64,000 nucleotides of DNA from Candidatus Fermentibacterota bacterium (GCA_030620115.1 JAUXFG010000001.1:9677-73676); one strand, 5' to 3'. Shown: positions 1-9,962, numbered from the stretch's first letter. The notes: generated from the sequence alone by a model not told the origin. A program made the numbers and translations.

Positions 1-2
1 TC

Positions 3-185
3 GTCTCCGTGGGAGTGCGGAGCCTGGATGTGGATGATATCAAGATAGAATACATCTTGGATCGATTGACCCGTCGCTTGGGCATCAGCAGACGGGTGGA
101 CATCAAGCTTGTTGGTGAACGGGCACAAGACGAGTACTCAGGAACGTCCTCGCAGGTTGAACTGAAGCTCAGGTATAAATTCTAG
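3..185 (+). CDS. C-terminal fragment of an upstream gene, possibly an outer-membrane beta-barrel protein (the C-terminal F fits the OMP C-terminal signature)
   Basis: Open frame 3 runs from the window edge to TAG at 183-185 and translates to ...VDIKLVGERAQDEYSGTSSQVELKLRYKF*. The alternating hydrophobic last strand ending in F is typical of OMP/TonB-dependent receptor C-termini. Confidence 0.25.
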   Translation, partial: VSVGVRSLDVDDIKIEYILDRLTRRLGISRRVDIKLVGERAQDEYSGTSSQVELKLRYKF

Positions 186-499
186 TAAAGCTGCGCCTCA
201 AACCGACGAGTGATCATGCCGTAGCCCATTGATCGAGGCGCAGCGATACCGGTTGCTGGTCACTGGATACTGGATGATGGGACCGGATCGTTCCGTTTTC
301 CTTCCAGCATCAAGCATCCAGAAACCAGCATCGCCTCGCAGCCAACCCACATATGTCGTCGCAAAACTTGACTCGTTTGTGAAGTTTCCAACCTATTGAA
401 GACGGCTAGTAAATCCATAGACTTACTAGAGATTTAGCCTACATTCCGCACTTCGTGAGGGCGATTCTGGCGAATATTGGGCCGCTCTCGACACCCGAA

Positions 500-1222
500 T
501 CAGGTGTAGCCTGAGAGGTCCATATCGAGTAATCTGAGCAGCAGTTTCTGGAGGGGCGAGAGTCGAATCGGAAACGTGACCGTTTCACCTCCTCGTTGGA
601 ATTCATACCACGATACCCCACTGAAGATTTCGAGGAGACGAGCTGTTGTCGGCGTCTTGGTTGGCCGCCCTTCCGGCAATATGGGCAAGCTCTCGATGCC
701 ATGGCGTTTCTCGACGTAGAGCTGATATTTGTAGATGAACAGCACTTCCTTCTTCGATGCCTTCCCCGATTTGAGGTTGGTGGCCAACGGGAAGACACCA
801 TCAGTCCGAGCCTCCAAGCGGAGTGCCTCTTTGTCTCGGTGTACCTGGAGGTGAAAGACACGAGTGTGAATCTCTCGCACGGGGTCGCCTGTCTTCGGTC
901 TACCGCGGCGGAGGTACTTGGTGGTGATCCGGATCTGAGAAGCAATAGTCACGTTGAGGAAACGCCGACAGCCTCGCTGCCCAACGATTCGCTCGACCTC
1001 TTTACGGATAGAAGCTCGGCGTCGCAAGTGGCCGCGGTTGAGCCGTGTATCGAGGGCAAAGAACTCTGCTTCAGCCTTCCGCATGGCAGCTTCTCGTGCA
1101 TATGCGTCAAGCTCCATCTTCTGGGAGCTGCGGAATGTAGGATTGTGCACAGAAGAACTGACGATTCGCTTTTTTGCGGAACGTCTGTCGGAAAGGAAAC
1201 CCACGCAAGGAGTCCCGCTCAA
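500..1222 (-). mobile_element. IS1634-family (IS4-superfamily) transposase, C-terminal ~240 aa only; truncated relic
   Basis: Motifs DGVFPLATN ... EVLFIYKYQLYVEKRHG match the conserved C-terminal block of IS1634-type DDE transposases. The N-terminal ~300 aa are absent because tonB begins 150 bp upstream. The flanking DNA has lower GC. Confidence 0.5.
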
Positions 1223-1371
1223 CTCAGGTTCCTCGCAGAGTATACGATTGCGTCGTCCGACATCCAGCGGCGTAGCCGCAGGTCAAGCCGCGTTAACCGA
1301 AAGCATCACCGTCTTTACCATCTCCGCTGTTTCGTACAGAGAGTTGGAGAGAAATACGGGTTAGCTTCGTC

Positions 1372-1971
1372 TCATTCAAGCGAGAAGATGAACTGCATGG
1401 ATACCCAGACGCCGACAGGCTTACCCATGAGCGTGGCGGAGTGGAAGAGCATCCGGTACGCCGCTTCACGGACGGTGTCGAAGGACATCTCATCGCCTTT
1501 GATGATGCGTACATCCCTCACGCACCCGTGTTCATCCACGAACAGGCGTGCAAGAACCCGTCCCTCATGCCCGGCGAGCCTGGCATTTTCGGGATACATG
1601 GGCGTCTCCCTTCTGATCAGTTTCGGTGTTGTGTCGTGAGGGATGTGTTCTCTTGGGCCAGGACGCACCGGCGGGGGTGGTCTCGATGGGATGATCTCCG
1701 GTCCGGTGCTCTTGGACCTGGTTTTGTCGGGGATTTCCTTGATGCGCGGTCTTGGAAGCGCGGACGATCTCCGTTTGGGGATGTCCAGCAAAGGAAGGCG
1801 TTCGATCTTGATGGGTTCTTGGGGTTTCGGTAATGCCACTCTGATGTCGTATGTCGGTGCTGCAACGAACATAAAGAGGTGGATGAGCAGAGCAAGAAGC
1901 AGCGCCCGTCGCTGGAAGGTTGCTGCTATGGACCGCTCCCGTCCCCATGGTGTCTTCTGTTCGCATTGCAT
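1372..1971 (-). CDS. tonB: energy transducer TonB
   Basis: N-terminal TM helix, Pro-rich spacer (PSRPPPPVRPGP), and a C-terminal TonB_C block YPENARLAGHEGRVLARLFVDEHGCVRDVRIIKG...FDTVREAAYRML...GKPVGVWVSMQFIF. Confidence 0.8.
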   Translation of the reverse strand: MQCEQKTPWGRERSIAATFQRRALLLALLIHLFMFVAAPTYDIRVALPKPQEPIKIERLPLLDIPKRRSSALPRPRIKEIPDKTRSKSTGPEIIPSRPPPPVRPGPREHIPHDTTPKLIRRETPMYPENARLAGHEGRVLARLFVDEHGCVRDVRIIKGDEMSFDTVREAAYRMLFHSATLMGKPVGVWVSMQFIFSLE

Positions 1972-2104
1972 GATCCCCTCCTTCTTTCCCGCGACAGTAG
2001 ACGGCTCCCCGGCTGTCTATTGGGAGCCATTCATGATTTCCACTAGTGAAGCGACGGAGATGGTCGCGAGGTTCACCGGGGGTTGATGTGTGCAGACCAA
2101 AGAT

Positions 2105-2272
2105 GGGGGATGGGGAAGAAGAGGCCTTCAGCGTTGAGCGTTCAGCGTTGAGATGATGGAGCAAGGAGAGATTCTTCGTTCCCTGTGGTCGCTCAGAATG
2201 ACAGTGGTAGTGCCAATGTGGATGTGTGAATGCCTGTCATTCTGAGGGAGCGGAGCGACCGAAGAATCTGGG
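2105..2272. repeat. composite palindromic repeat, family H copy 1 (cgttcag tandem units followed by the ~110-bp CAGAATGACA hairpin element)
   Basis: gagagattcttcg...GTCGCTCAGAATGACAG...(~35 nt)...TGTCATTCTGAGGGAGCGGAGCGACcgaagaatctg is a near-perfect inverted repeat. The ORF 2226..2426 (MNACHSEGAERPKNL...) is a translation artefact of it. Confidence 0.7.
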
Positions 2273-2491
2273 AGGGGGAATGATGGACGGAAAGGATTGG
2301 CCCGGACTCCTCAACTTCTCAATAGGTGCGGGCGGTCTCGGAAGAATCCCCTCAATCCCCCTCTACAGAAGGAGGAGCTCGCCCTCGGTCGCAAGCCTTT
2401 CAGTCTTCGCCTTCCCGTGGCTATGACGGACATGCGCAGCAATCCCGCATCCGCCGCGGAACACGAGATCCGGTGAGAAATGCGATTAGAG

Positions 2492-4039
2492 TTACGCGTC
2501 CTCCTCGGATGAAGCGGGCTGTCGCTGTTGGAACTCCTTGGATCCTTTGAGCACTGAGAGCGCCACGGCGCCGAGCAGGACGAGAAGGAGCATTGCCCAG
2601 CCAAAGACGACTTCTTGGCTGCGGAGGCCGAAATCGCCATACGGGGCCTTGAGACGTTCGTGTATTTCAAAGGCGAGCATGAAAATGATGAATGCGGGGA
2701 TGATGAGCTGAATCCTGATGTCCCACCAGATGCCGATCTTTCCTTCAGAGCGTTCGTTGATGAAATGGCGCATTCGAGAAGCCCTGTAGTACCATCCCAC
2801 GATCAGGCATGTGCCAAGAACCACGAGTGGGAGGCCGAAGAAATTCATGAAATGATCAACGATATCGAGCCAGTGAATACCTGAACCCAACAAGTACGGC
2901 AGCCCCATGACCAACCCTACGCCTGCCACCGTGAGGTTTGCCCGGGCATGGGTGAAGCCGAACTTGTCCTTTATGGCAGCCGACATGGCTTCCACCAGGC
3001 TGAAGGCGGAATCAATGGCCAGAAGACTGAGCATGGTGAAGAAGAGCACTCCGAAGAGCTCCGGAAGGGGCAGGCCGTTGATGATTTCCGGATAAGTCAC
3101 GAATGTCAGGCCGGGGCCGGATTCTACCACTTGTGCCACGTCAACACCTTCGAGGAATGCCTTATGCCCCAGTGCGCCAAAGACCGCAAATCCGCCCACC
3201 ACGGCAGTCATGGCGTCGGCGATGCCGATGATCCATGCATTTTTCACAATGCATGTCCTGTCGTCCATAAAACTCCCATACGCAATCATTACCCCGAAGC
3301 CAACCGTGAGGCTGAAAAAGACCTGCGAGATGGCTGCGAGCCAGAGCTCATGGGCGCCTATTTGGCCGGCCCCGGGGTTTATGGTCCACAGCATGGACCA
3401 GTCTGGCGTAAGGTAGTATGAGAGGCCCTGCGAGGCCCCCTCGAGCGTGACGCCGCGAACGACGAATACGATGAGGAGAAGCCATGGACCGAGGACGGTG
3501 AACCAGACCACCTTTCCCACGGTCTTCGTCCCTTTCCAGATGGAGGCTACTATCCAGATCCACGCCACGAGAACACCAGCAAACAACGGCCACTTGAATG
3601 CACCGAGCTCCCACGGTTTCTGGGGATTGTTGGTTATCCCAAGGACTTCGTCGAAGAAGAATTCCCCGGGAGTGTTGCCCCACGAGAGCCCGAAGCTGTA
3701 GCAGAAGTAGTTGATGCAGTAGGACATAATGCCGGAGTAATAGGTGCAGATGATGAAGCCTGTTCCTACGGCAAACCAACCAAACCATTCGAGATTCTTA
3801 TGCACGCCGCGAAAGGCGCCCGGAGATGCATTGCTCATCTTTTTCCCAAGGGAGAACTCGAGCATGAGGAGCGGTATCCCCGCCACAAGAAGGCAGATTG
3901 CGTATGCTATGAGAAATGCCCCCCCACCATACTTGTAGCATACATAGGGAAACCGCCAGAGGTTACCCAACCCGATAGCGGAGCCGATTGATGCCAGGAC
4001 GAAAGCCGTCCTGCTTCCCCAGACATCACGAGCTGCCAT
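2492..4039 (-). CDS. neurotransmitter:sodium symporter (NSS/SNF, SLC6-like) family transporter
   Basis: Hallmark GLGNLWRFPY motif and a 12-TM architecture. The likely start is the internal Met (MAARDVWGS...) at 4039, which has a revcomp AGGAGGA RBS just upstream. The ORF track extends to 4141. Confidence 0.85.
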   Translation of the reverse strand: MAARDVWGSRTAFVLASIGSAIGLGNLWRFPYVCYKYGGGAFLIAYAICLLVAGIPLLMLEFSLGKKMSNASPGAFRGVHKNLEWFGWFAVGTGFIICTYYSGIMSYCINYFCYSFGLSWGNTPGEFFFDEVLGITNNPQKPWELGAFKWPLFAGVLVAWIWIVASIWKGTKTVGKVVWFTVLGPWLLLIVFVVRGVTLEGASQGLSYYLTPDWSMLWTINPGAGQIGAHELWLAAISQVFFSLTVGFGVMIAYGSFMDDRTCIVKNAWIIGIADAMTAVVGGFAVFGALGHKAFLEGVDVAQVVESGPGLTFVTYPEIINGLPLPELFGVLFFTMLSLLAIDSAFSLVEAMSAAIKDKFGFTHARANLTVAGVGLVMGLPYLLGSGIHWLDIVDHFMNFFGLPLVVLGTCLIVGWYYRASRMRHFINERSEGKIGIWWDIRIQLIIPAFIIFMLAFEIHERLKAPYGDFGLRSQEVVFGWAMLLLVLLGAVALSVLKGSKEFQQRQPASSEEDA

Positions 4040-4267
4040 TATCTCCTCCTTGAGGGATCGACCCACGTTTATCACCCAATAGGAAAGGCATTGGGTTATG
4101 ACCTGGGTCAGGTGGTGGAAAGCGGCACTGAAGCGACTCACGGCTATCTATGACTCGTTGATTCCTGGTCAAGAGTCGTGTGTCGGTCGGAGTGGAGCTT
4201 TGCCACCCGCTTGTGGCGGGCTGGCCCAACTGGAGTATTGGAATGCTGGATTGCGGGAATGGGGAGA

Positions 4268-4352
4268 GGAGAGCGTTCAGCGTTCAGCGTTCAGATGGCA
4301 GAATGAGAAGAGGGAGAGGGTTTTTCGCTTCTTGCAGTCGCTCAGAATGACA
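4268..4352. repeat. family H repeat, partial copy (cgttcag x3 plus the left hairpin arm)
   Basis: gagcgttcagcgttcagcgttcag ... cagtcgctcagaatgacacatgtcatc. Confidence 0.55.
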
Positions 4353-4426
4353 CATGTCATCTACAAGAACCGGGCAACTCTGCTATTGACACATCTCCTG
4401 GAAGCCATATTCTGTTGCGCGTTCTC

Positions 4427-4503
4427 GGGGCGTAGCGCAGTTCGGTAGCGCACTGGCATGGGGGGCCAGTGGTCGCTGGTTCAAATCCAGTCGCCCCGAC
4501 CAG
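4427..4503 (+). tRNA. tRNA-Pro (anticodon GGG)
   Basis: Cloverleaf fits: acceptor CGGGGCG/CGCCCCG, D-arm GCGC-AGTTCGGTA-GCGC, anticodon stem CTGGC/GCCAG with loop AT-GGG-GG, T-arm GCTGG-TTCAAAT-CCAGT, and an encoded CCA. Confidence 0.85.
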
Positions 4504-4505
4504 AG

Positions 4506-4532
4506 GCCGGCTTCGGTGGTCGGCCTTTTTTC
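4506..4532 (+). terminator. rho-independent terminator after tRNA-Pro
   Basis: GGCCGGC-ttcggtg-GTCGGCC hairpin followed by TTTTTT. Confidence 0.6.
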
Positions 4533-4586
4533 AATTGCTGCGAGTCATTCAAACCCTATGACTCGGATGTTGACGGGAGTTGCACC

Positions 4587-5372
4587 ATGCTGATTCTTCT
4601 CACAAATGATGATGGAGTGGACGCTGTCGGACTGACTATTCTCAGGGAGAAGATTCGTATCCTCGGCGACGTGGTTGTTTGCGCTCCAAATCGAAACTGC
4701 AGTGCCAGCAGCCGCAAGCTGACATTGGATCGACCGCTTCATATCCGAGAGATTGAGCCCGCGGTTTTCTCCATTGACGGCTCGCCTGCTGATTGTGTGC
4801 TCTTGGCGATCCATCAGATTCTCCAAGAGAAGCCGGCTATCGTGATCTCAGGCATCAACTCCGGGGCCAATCTTGGACAGGACATCTTCTACTCCGGAAC
4901 CGTCGGAGCCGCTATGGAGGCACGGATTCATGGGGTGCCTGCCGCCGCCATTTCCCTTGCCTCCAGGGCGCCCGAGGGTATGCCCGCCGCAGGTGATGTA
5001 GCGCTCTGGGTGGCACAACATATGTTGCAAGGGCATGTGCCCGACCATGTGGTGCTTAATGTCAATGTGCCGTCGGGTATCACGACTCCCGGGGCGAAGC
5101 TCACGCGCCTGGGGCGGCGGACGTATGAGGATCTCGTGACCGTCTCGCGCGGTCCCCGGGATCGAATCGTCTACTGGATCGGTGGAAACGGGCCTACATG
5201 GGAGGAGGATCCGTTCTGTGATGCAGCCGCCATTGCCGAGGGGCTTGTCTCGGTGACGCCGCTGGGTGAAGATCTCACGGAGTACCGGGCGATTCGGCAT
5301 ATCAAGCTTCCCGGGCTCCGATTTGATGAAGAACTGTTTGTTGAAAATGCCGGTCAGGGATCCCAAGCTTAG
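4587..5372 (+). CDS. surE: 5'/3'-nucleotidase SurE
   Basis: N-terminal MLILLTNDDGVDAVGL signature. The internal Met at 4587 gives a protein of the expected ~260 aa. Confidence 0.85.
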   Translation: MLILLTNDDGVDAVGLTILREKIRILGDVVVCAPNRNCSASSRKLTLDRPLHIREIEPAVFSIDGSPADCVLLAIHQILQEKPAIVISGINSGANLGQDIFYSGTVGAAMEARIHGVPAAAISLASRAPEGMPAAGDVALWVAQHMLQGHVPDHVVLNVNVPSGITTPGAKLTRLGRRTYEDLVTVSRGPRDRIVYWIGGNGPTWEEDPFCDAAAIAEGLVSVTPLGEDLTEYRAIRHIKLPGLRFDEELFVENAGQGSQA

Positions 5373-6018
5373 CACTAAGCGTCCTGACGACGACGCGCAT
5401 ATCATCGCCGCGGTAGCCCGCGTACCTCGGGAGCGGTTTATCGATCCTTCCCTGAGATCGTTGGCATATGGGGATTACCCGTTACCAATTGGGAGCGATC
5501 AGACCATAAGTTCGGTGGAAACAGTCATTCGTCTTTGTTTGGCACTGAAGGTGCAGGGGGGAGAACGTGTACTCGAGATCGGCACGGGATCGGGGTATCA
5601 GGCAGCAGTTCTTTCGGAACTCGGCTGCCGCGTTTTCAGCATCGAGAAGGTTGCAGAGCTCTCAAGGGCTGCGCGTAGACTGCTTGACCGGCTCGGGTAC
5701 CAACGTGTGTTGGTTCATTGGGGTGACGGAGGTGAGGGCTGGCCCAAGTATGCGCCCTTTGATCGCATACTATTGACCGCCGCGTGCCCGTCGGTTCCTC
5801 CGCCTTTGGAGGGACAACTGGCGGAAGGAGGACTCATGGTGTTCCCTCTGGGGCCTCCCAAAGAGCAACGGCTTGTTCGAGCTTACAAGGGTCGGCACGG
5901 GCGACTCAGAATCACGGAGATGGAGCAGTGCAATTTCGTACCGATGGTCGGCCGATGGGGATGGAGCAAAGAGTTGCTCTCGAAGTTTTGGGGCGTGGGA
6001 GAGGCCGCTGAGGTCTAA
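5326..6018 (+). CDS. pcm: protein-L-isoaspartate O-methyltransferase
   Basis: SAM-binding VLEIGTGSGYQAAVL motif and the conserved surE-pcm gene order. The start is uncertain (Met at 5326 or 5347); the ORF track begins at 5266 and overlaps surE. Confidence 0.85.
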   Translation: MKNCLLKMPVRDPKLSTKRPDDDAHIIAAVARVPRERFIDPSLRSLAYGDYPLPIGSDQTISSVETVIRLCLALKVQGGERVLEIGTGSGYQAAVLSELGCRVFSIEKVAELSRAARRLLDRLGYQRVLVHWGDGGEGWPKYAPFDRILLTAACPSVPPPLEGQLAEGGLMVFPLGPPKEQRLVRAYKGRHGRLRITEMEQCNFVPMVGRWGWSKELLSKFWGVGEAAEV

Positions 6019-6043
6019 GGAGGATTTGGTGATTCGTCTACTC

Positions 6044-6643
6044 ATGTGGCCGTCGCGCATCATGCGAAAGATGTACGATTGGGTCCTGAAATGGGCGGAG
6101 ACGAAGCAGGCGCTGTGGGCTCTTTTTATCCTGGCATTCGCGGAGTCATCGTTTTTTCCGATTCCTCCTGATGTCTTGCTCATCGCCATGGCTGTGGCGA
6201 CACCCTTGAAGGGGTTACGGTACGCCGCCGTGGCCACGTTGGGCAGTGCCTTGGGCGGTATGCTTGGCTATGTGATCGGGGCGGAGCTATATGACGCCAT
6301 AGGGAGGCACATCATTGCGTTCTACCACCTGGAATCACAGTGGGAGACGGTGATGGCGAGCTATCAGAAGAATGCGTTTCTTCTTGTCGCGGGCGCGGGG
6401 TTCACGCCAATTCCCTACAAGGTCTTCACCATTGCGGGAGGAGCGTGTCGGATCTATTTTCCGACCATGGTCTTGGCTTCAGTACTCTCGAGAGGGGCCC
6501 GTTTCGGATTGGTGGCGGGTCTCATACGTGTCTTTGGGCCAGGGGTGAAACAGCTTATCGATCGCTATTTCAACCTGTTGAGCCTGCTTTTTTTCGTGCT
6601 CCTCGTGCTGGGGTTCTATGTGGCCAAGGTGCTCTTGCATTGA
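6044..6643 (+). CDS. DedA/YqaA-family (VTT domain) inner-membrane protein
   Basis: ALWALFILAFAESSFFPIPPDVLL motif and multiple TM helices. The start is taken at the Met after the pcm stop. Confidence 0.7.
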   Translation: MWPSRIMRKMYDWVLKWAETKQALWALFILAFAESSFFPIPPDVLLIAMAVATPLKGLRYAAVATLGSALGGMLGYVIGAELYDAIGRHIIAFYHLESQWETVMASYQKNAFLLVAGAGFTPIPYKVFTIAGGACRIYFPTMVLASVLSRGARFGLVAGLIRVFGPGVKQLIDRYFNLLSLLFFVLLVLGFYVAKVLLH

Positions 6644-6663
6644 GGGCTGAACGTGCAGATTTT

Positions 6664-6740
<77 letters not shown>

Positions 6741-6788
6741 GATATCAGCAGAGCGGACAGATTGCTTGTAGGCACATTCTCGCGACGC

Positions 6789-7268
6789 ATGAACTCGCAT
6801 ACCGGAAGGAACGTAAAAGCACAGATCGCCGTTATTGGGTCTGCCCGACCGTCCAAAGAGGGCTATGAGCTTGCCATGGAGGCGGGAAGGCTGCTGGGGC
6901 GAGAAGGTGTGGTGGTCCTCTGTGGTGGCCTGGGGGGGATAATGGAAGCCGTGAGCCGCGGAGTGCATGAGGAGGGCGGGCTTGTCATTGGTATTGTTCC
7001 CGGCGCAAGACACGACGGAAATCCATGGCTCAGTGCCAGGATTTCCCCGGGCATGGGGCTTGCGAGGAATTACATCCTTGTCAACTCCGCGGATGGCGTA
7101 CTCGCCGTGGAGGGAGGCCTGGGGACGCTTTCGGAACTCTCGTTCGCCAGGCAGCTTGGCCTGCCCATCGCGGGACTCAACTCATGGGATTTACCAGAGT
7201 TGGATCTGTTCCGTTCGACACGGCCGACAGAGGCCGTTGCTTGGCTCTTGGAGCAGCTAGATGTGTGA
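6789..7268 (+). CDS. LOG-family / TIGR00725-type Rossmann-fold nucleotide-binding protein (cytokinin riboside 5'-monophosphate phosphoribohydrolase-like)
   Basis: Motifs IAVIGSAR...[16 protein letters not shown]...GIVPG match the LOG / lysine-decarboxylase-like family. The track ORF overlaps the tRNA, so the internal Met at 6789 was used. Confidence 0.65.
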   Translation: MNSHTGRNVKAQIAVIGSARPSKEGYELAMEAGRLLGREGVVVLCGGLGGIMEAVSRGVHEEGGLVIGIVPGARHDGNPWLSARISPGMGLARNYILVNSADGVLAVEGGLGTLSELSFARQLGLPIAGLNSWDLPELDLFRSTRPTEAVAWLLEQLDV

Positions 7269-7536
7269 GCGAAGAAGCATTGTAGTGACCGGTCGGGTGC
7301 AGAACGTAGGCTTTCGTTGGTTTGTCGTTCAACGGGCTCGATCCATGGGACTCGTGGGGTGGGTGAGGAACGCTCCGGACGGCACGGTGGAGATTGAGGT
7401 CCAGGGAGTTCAAGACGATCTGGCATCATTTCTTGCAGCCATGAAAGAAGGCCCCCGCTTTGCGAGGGTTGCCGACGTGGTGGTGGAAGAGATCCCCTGC
7501 GGGAGCGGCGAGCACGACTTCGGAGTGAGATTCTGA
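7261..7536 (+). CDS. acyP: acylphosphatase
   Basis: VTGRVQNVGFRWFV...GWVRNAPDGTVEIEVQG signature in a 91-aa protein. Confidence 0.8.
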   Translation: MCERRSIVVTGRVQNVGFRWFVVQRARSMGLVGWVRNAPDGTVEIEVQGVQDDLASFLAAMKEGPRFARVADVVVEEIPCGSGEHDFGVRF

Positions 7537-7568
7537 GTGAAGACAAAGGAAAATCGGAGGTCAACAGA

Positions 7569-8093
7569 ATGGAGCTAGCAGATATTATCCGATCGGTACC
7601 GGATTTCCCAAAGAAAGGGATAGTTTTCAAGGACATCACGACTCTCCTCGCGGACGAGAAGGCATTTTGTGCGGTTCTCCACCAATGGGCCGATCGATTG
7701 CGGGCACGAGAGGTGACGAGGGTCCTTGCCATAGAGTCGAGGGGCTTTATATTCGGCGGTGCTTTGGCTTATGAACTCAAGGTTCCGTTGGCTTTGGCCC
7801 GGAAGGCGGGGAAGCTGCCCTGGTCGACCATACGGGAAGAATATGCCCTGGAATACGGCACGGATAGTCTTGAGCTCCACGAGGATGCAATAACGCCGGG
7901 AGACCGGGTTGCCGTGGTGGACGATCTCTTGGCTACCGGCGGAACTGCGTTGGCCACTGTCAAGTTGGCCGAGCGGCTCAATGGAATAGTCGTTGATGTT
8001 GGCTTCCTCATTGAGCTGGCATTCCTGCACGGAAGGGAGAAGCTCGACGCCTATCCTGTTGAGAGCTTCATCACGTATTCGTCTGAGGCCTGA
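7569..8093 (+). CDS. apt: adenine phosphoribosyltransferase
   Basis: PRPP-binding motif VAVVDDLLATGGTALA and the N-terminal DFPKKGIVFKDIT block. Confidence 0.9.
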   Translation: MELADIIRSVPDFPKKGIVFKDITTLLADEKAFCAVLHQWADRLRAREVTRVLAIESRGFIFGGALAYELKVPLALARKAGKLPWSTIREEYALEYGTDSLELHEDAITPGDRVAVVDDLLATGGTALATVKLAERLNGIVVDVGFLIELAFLHGREKLDAYPVESFITYSSEA

Positions 8094-8104
8094 TAAGGCT
8101 TCTT

Positions 8105-8182
8105 GCCCCCGTAGCTCAGTCAGGATAGAGCACCGGTTTCCTAAACCGGGTGCCGCAAGTTCGAGTCTTGCCGGGGGCGCCA
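8105..8182 (+). tRNA. tRNA-Arg (anticodon CCT)
   Basis: Acceptor GCCCCCG/CGGGGGC, anticodon stem CCGGT/ACCGG with loop TT-CCT-AA, T-arm GCAAG-TTCGAGT-CTTGC, and an encoded CCA. Confidence 0.85.
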
Positions 8183-8188
8183 TTCGAT

Positions 8189-8262
8189 ACCCTAAGCCGG
8201 ACTTCTCACCGGGTTTCGAAGCGAAGCGTTCGTCACGATGTGCCACGCGGTTCTGTGTGGTG
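8189..8262. repeat. family R (REP-like) repeat, partial copy
   Basis: agccggacttctcaccgggtttcgaagcgaag matches the arm of the 25.7-kb, 27.0-kb and 50.9-kb copies. Confidence 0.45.
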
Positions 8263-8292
8263 ATTTGGAGAATCGAAGAGAAGGAATAAACA

Positions 8293-9015
8293 ATGCCTCC
8301 CAAGAGAAAAAGGCTCACCAAGAAGGAGATCAAACACGATCCCATCCTCGAGAGTGTTCTTGCCGCATGGCAGTACTATACCCGGCATAGCGCCAGGTTC
8401 AATGGCATTGCACTCGGTGTAGTCGTGCTCGTGGTCGCGCTGATCGGCCTGAACTCCTACCATTCTTCGGGCATTCGAGATGCGGAGACCGATTTGGCCC
8501 GAGCATTGTTCCATTATGAGGCGGGGGAACAGAAACAGTCGGTAGAATTTCTCGGGAGACTTGTCTCTGAGAAGGGTGGCACGCCGGCAGGCAAGAGGGC
8601 GGTCTACTACCTTGGCCAGGCGAAATTCCAGATGGGCGAATATGCAGATGCTCAGGCGCTGTTCTCCCAGTATGAGAGCCACGCCACCGATGATCCAATG
8701 CTGAAAGCCGCAGCGGCAAAAGGTGAAGCTGATTGTTTGGTGGAACTTGGAGAGCTGTCGGCTGCCGGGGTCAAATACCTTGAAGTTGCCAAGGAGTTCA
8801 ACGCCAATCCTTTGGCACCGGACTGCCTATTCTTGGCTGGACTTGCGTTGGGCAAGGCTGCCGACAAGAAGTCGGCGGTTTCTGCGCTCCGGAAGCTTCT
8901 GGAAGACTATCCCGACTATGCGAGGAGTGGGCAGGCCCGTGTCCTGCTTGGTGAACTGCGTGCAGAGAATAAAAGGGTGGGGTCTCAGAGCAGCCCCATT
9001 GGTGCGGATAGTTGA
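8293..9015 (+). CDS. membrane-anchored tetratricopeptide-repeat protein (YfgM/YbgF-like)
   Basis: Basic N-terminus, a single TM helix (IALGVVVLVVALIGL), then TPR-like helices. Confidence 0.45.
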   Translation: MPPKRKRLTKKEIKHDPILESVLAAWQYYTRHSARFNGIALGVVVLVVALIGLNSYHSSGIRDAETDLARALFHYEAGEQKQSVEFLGRLVSEKGGTPAGKRAVYYLGQAKFQMGEYADAQALFSQYESHATDDPMLKAAAAKGEADCLVELGELSAAGVKYLEVAKEFNANPLAPDCLFLAGLALGKAADKKSAVSALRKLLEDYPDYARSGQARVLLGELRAENKRVGSQSSPIGADS

Positions 9016-9362
9016 ACGAAGGCATAACCGATACCGAGCGTGCTATTGGCGCCCTATGCTATATGGGGCCCCTCTTCGTCATCTCACGAGTGGTCTTGCC
9101 GAGAAGCGATTTCTGCCGGTTTCATTTCAGGCAAGGCCTGGTTCTTTTTGTTCTTGAGCTGGTGGCTGCTGTCTTCCTCGCCATAGTCAAGGGAACTCTG
9201 GGCCTTATTCCTGTTTTGGGTACACTCGTTGTGGCAGCTCTGGGATTCGTGATCTGGGTCGTTGCCTTTCTTGTTTCCTTGGCAGGGGTGGCGAGTGCGG
9301 TGAAGGGAGAGCGTTGGCGTATTCCTCTCATCTCGGAGTATGCCGACATCGTGCCAATCTGA
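9012..9362 (+). CDS. small membrane protein, DUF4870-like
   Basis: A GALCYMGPLFVI...HFRQGLVLFV pattern and 3 TM helices. Confidence 0.4.
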   Translation: MNEGITDTERAIGALCYMGPLFVISRVVLPRSDFCRFHFRQGLVLFVLELVAAVFLAIVKGTLGLIPVLGTLVVAALGFVIWVVAFLVSLAGVASAVKGERWRIPLISEYADIVPI

Positions 9363-9398
9363 TGATCTTTACGAATTGGGAAGAACTCTGGAGGAGTC

Positions 9399-9626
9399 AT
9401 GTCGCGTAGGTGTTGCATCACAGGGAAGAAGCCCATGGTGGCGAACCATGTTTCCCACGCCCACAATAAGACCAAGAGACGGCAGCTGCCGAATCTTCAA
9501 ACGAAACGGATCTGGCTTCCCGATGAAGGAAGATGGGTCCGACTCCGGGTCTCGGCACGCGCTTTGCGGACTATCGACAAGAAGGGACTCAAGGCGGCCA
9601 TGCGTGATGCGGGCGTAAGATTGTAG
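9399..9626 (+). CDS. rpmB: 50S ribosomal protein L28
   Basis: Motifs [12 protein letters not shown]...[12 protein letters not shown]...[15 protein letters not shown]. Confidence 0.85.
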   Translation: MSRRCCITGKKPMVANHVSHAHNKTKRRQLPNLQTKRIWLPDEGRWVRLRVSARALRTIDKKGLKAAMRDAGVRL

Positions 9627-9657
9627 GCTGACGAAACGTTCAGTCTGGGAGGAAAGG

Positions 9658-9891
9658 ATGAGACAGGTTAGAGAGCGGCGCAGGTTTGGAAGAGTACGGA
9701 TCAGGATCGAGCGAATTGAGGACCTCAACTACAAGAATCTCGAGCTATTGAAACGTTTTATCTCCGAAAGAGGGAAGATAGTGGCGCGTAAGACTTCTCG
9801 CATTCGGGCGCGGGAGCAGCGGATACTTGCACGCGAGATAAAGCGCGCGCGTCATTTGGCGTTGCTGCCCTACTGCTCGCATCACAAGTAG
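9658..9891 (+). CDS. rpsR: 30S ribosomal protein S18
   Basis: Motifs [50 protein letters not shown]. Confidence 0.8.
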   Translation: MRQVRERRRFGRVRIRIERIEDLNYKNLELLKRFISERGKIVARKTSRIRAREQRILAREIKRARHLALLPYCSHHK

Positions 9892-9962
9892 AGCGGTTCC
9901 TTGACTCCCCGTATGTGGGAATCTATACTCGCGGGCGCATCCGCAACCGGTTAGGCCAGGAG

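Noticed and set aside
596-1639. 347-aa + strand ORF
   Set aside because: Lies antisense to the IS1634 transposase relic and the tonB 3' end. It has no recognisable domain and a biased Arg/Ser composition typical of antisense frames in GC-rich DNA.
2226-2426. Small ORFs such as MNACHSEGAERPKNL... (also 53953..54270, 56123..56671 and 53958..54329)
   Set aside because: They are repeated translations of the family-H hairpin repeat. Their identical peptide start reflects repeat DNA, not a gene family.
7575-8345. 256-aa - strand ORF
   Set aside because: Antisense to apt and overlaps the tRNA-Arg gene. No motifs were found.
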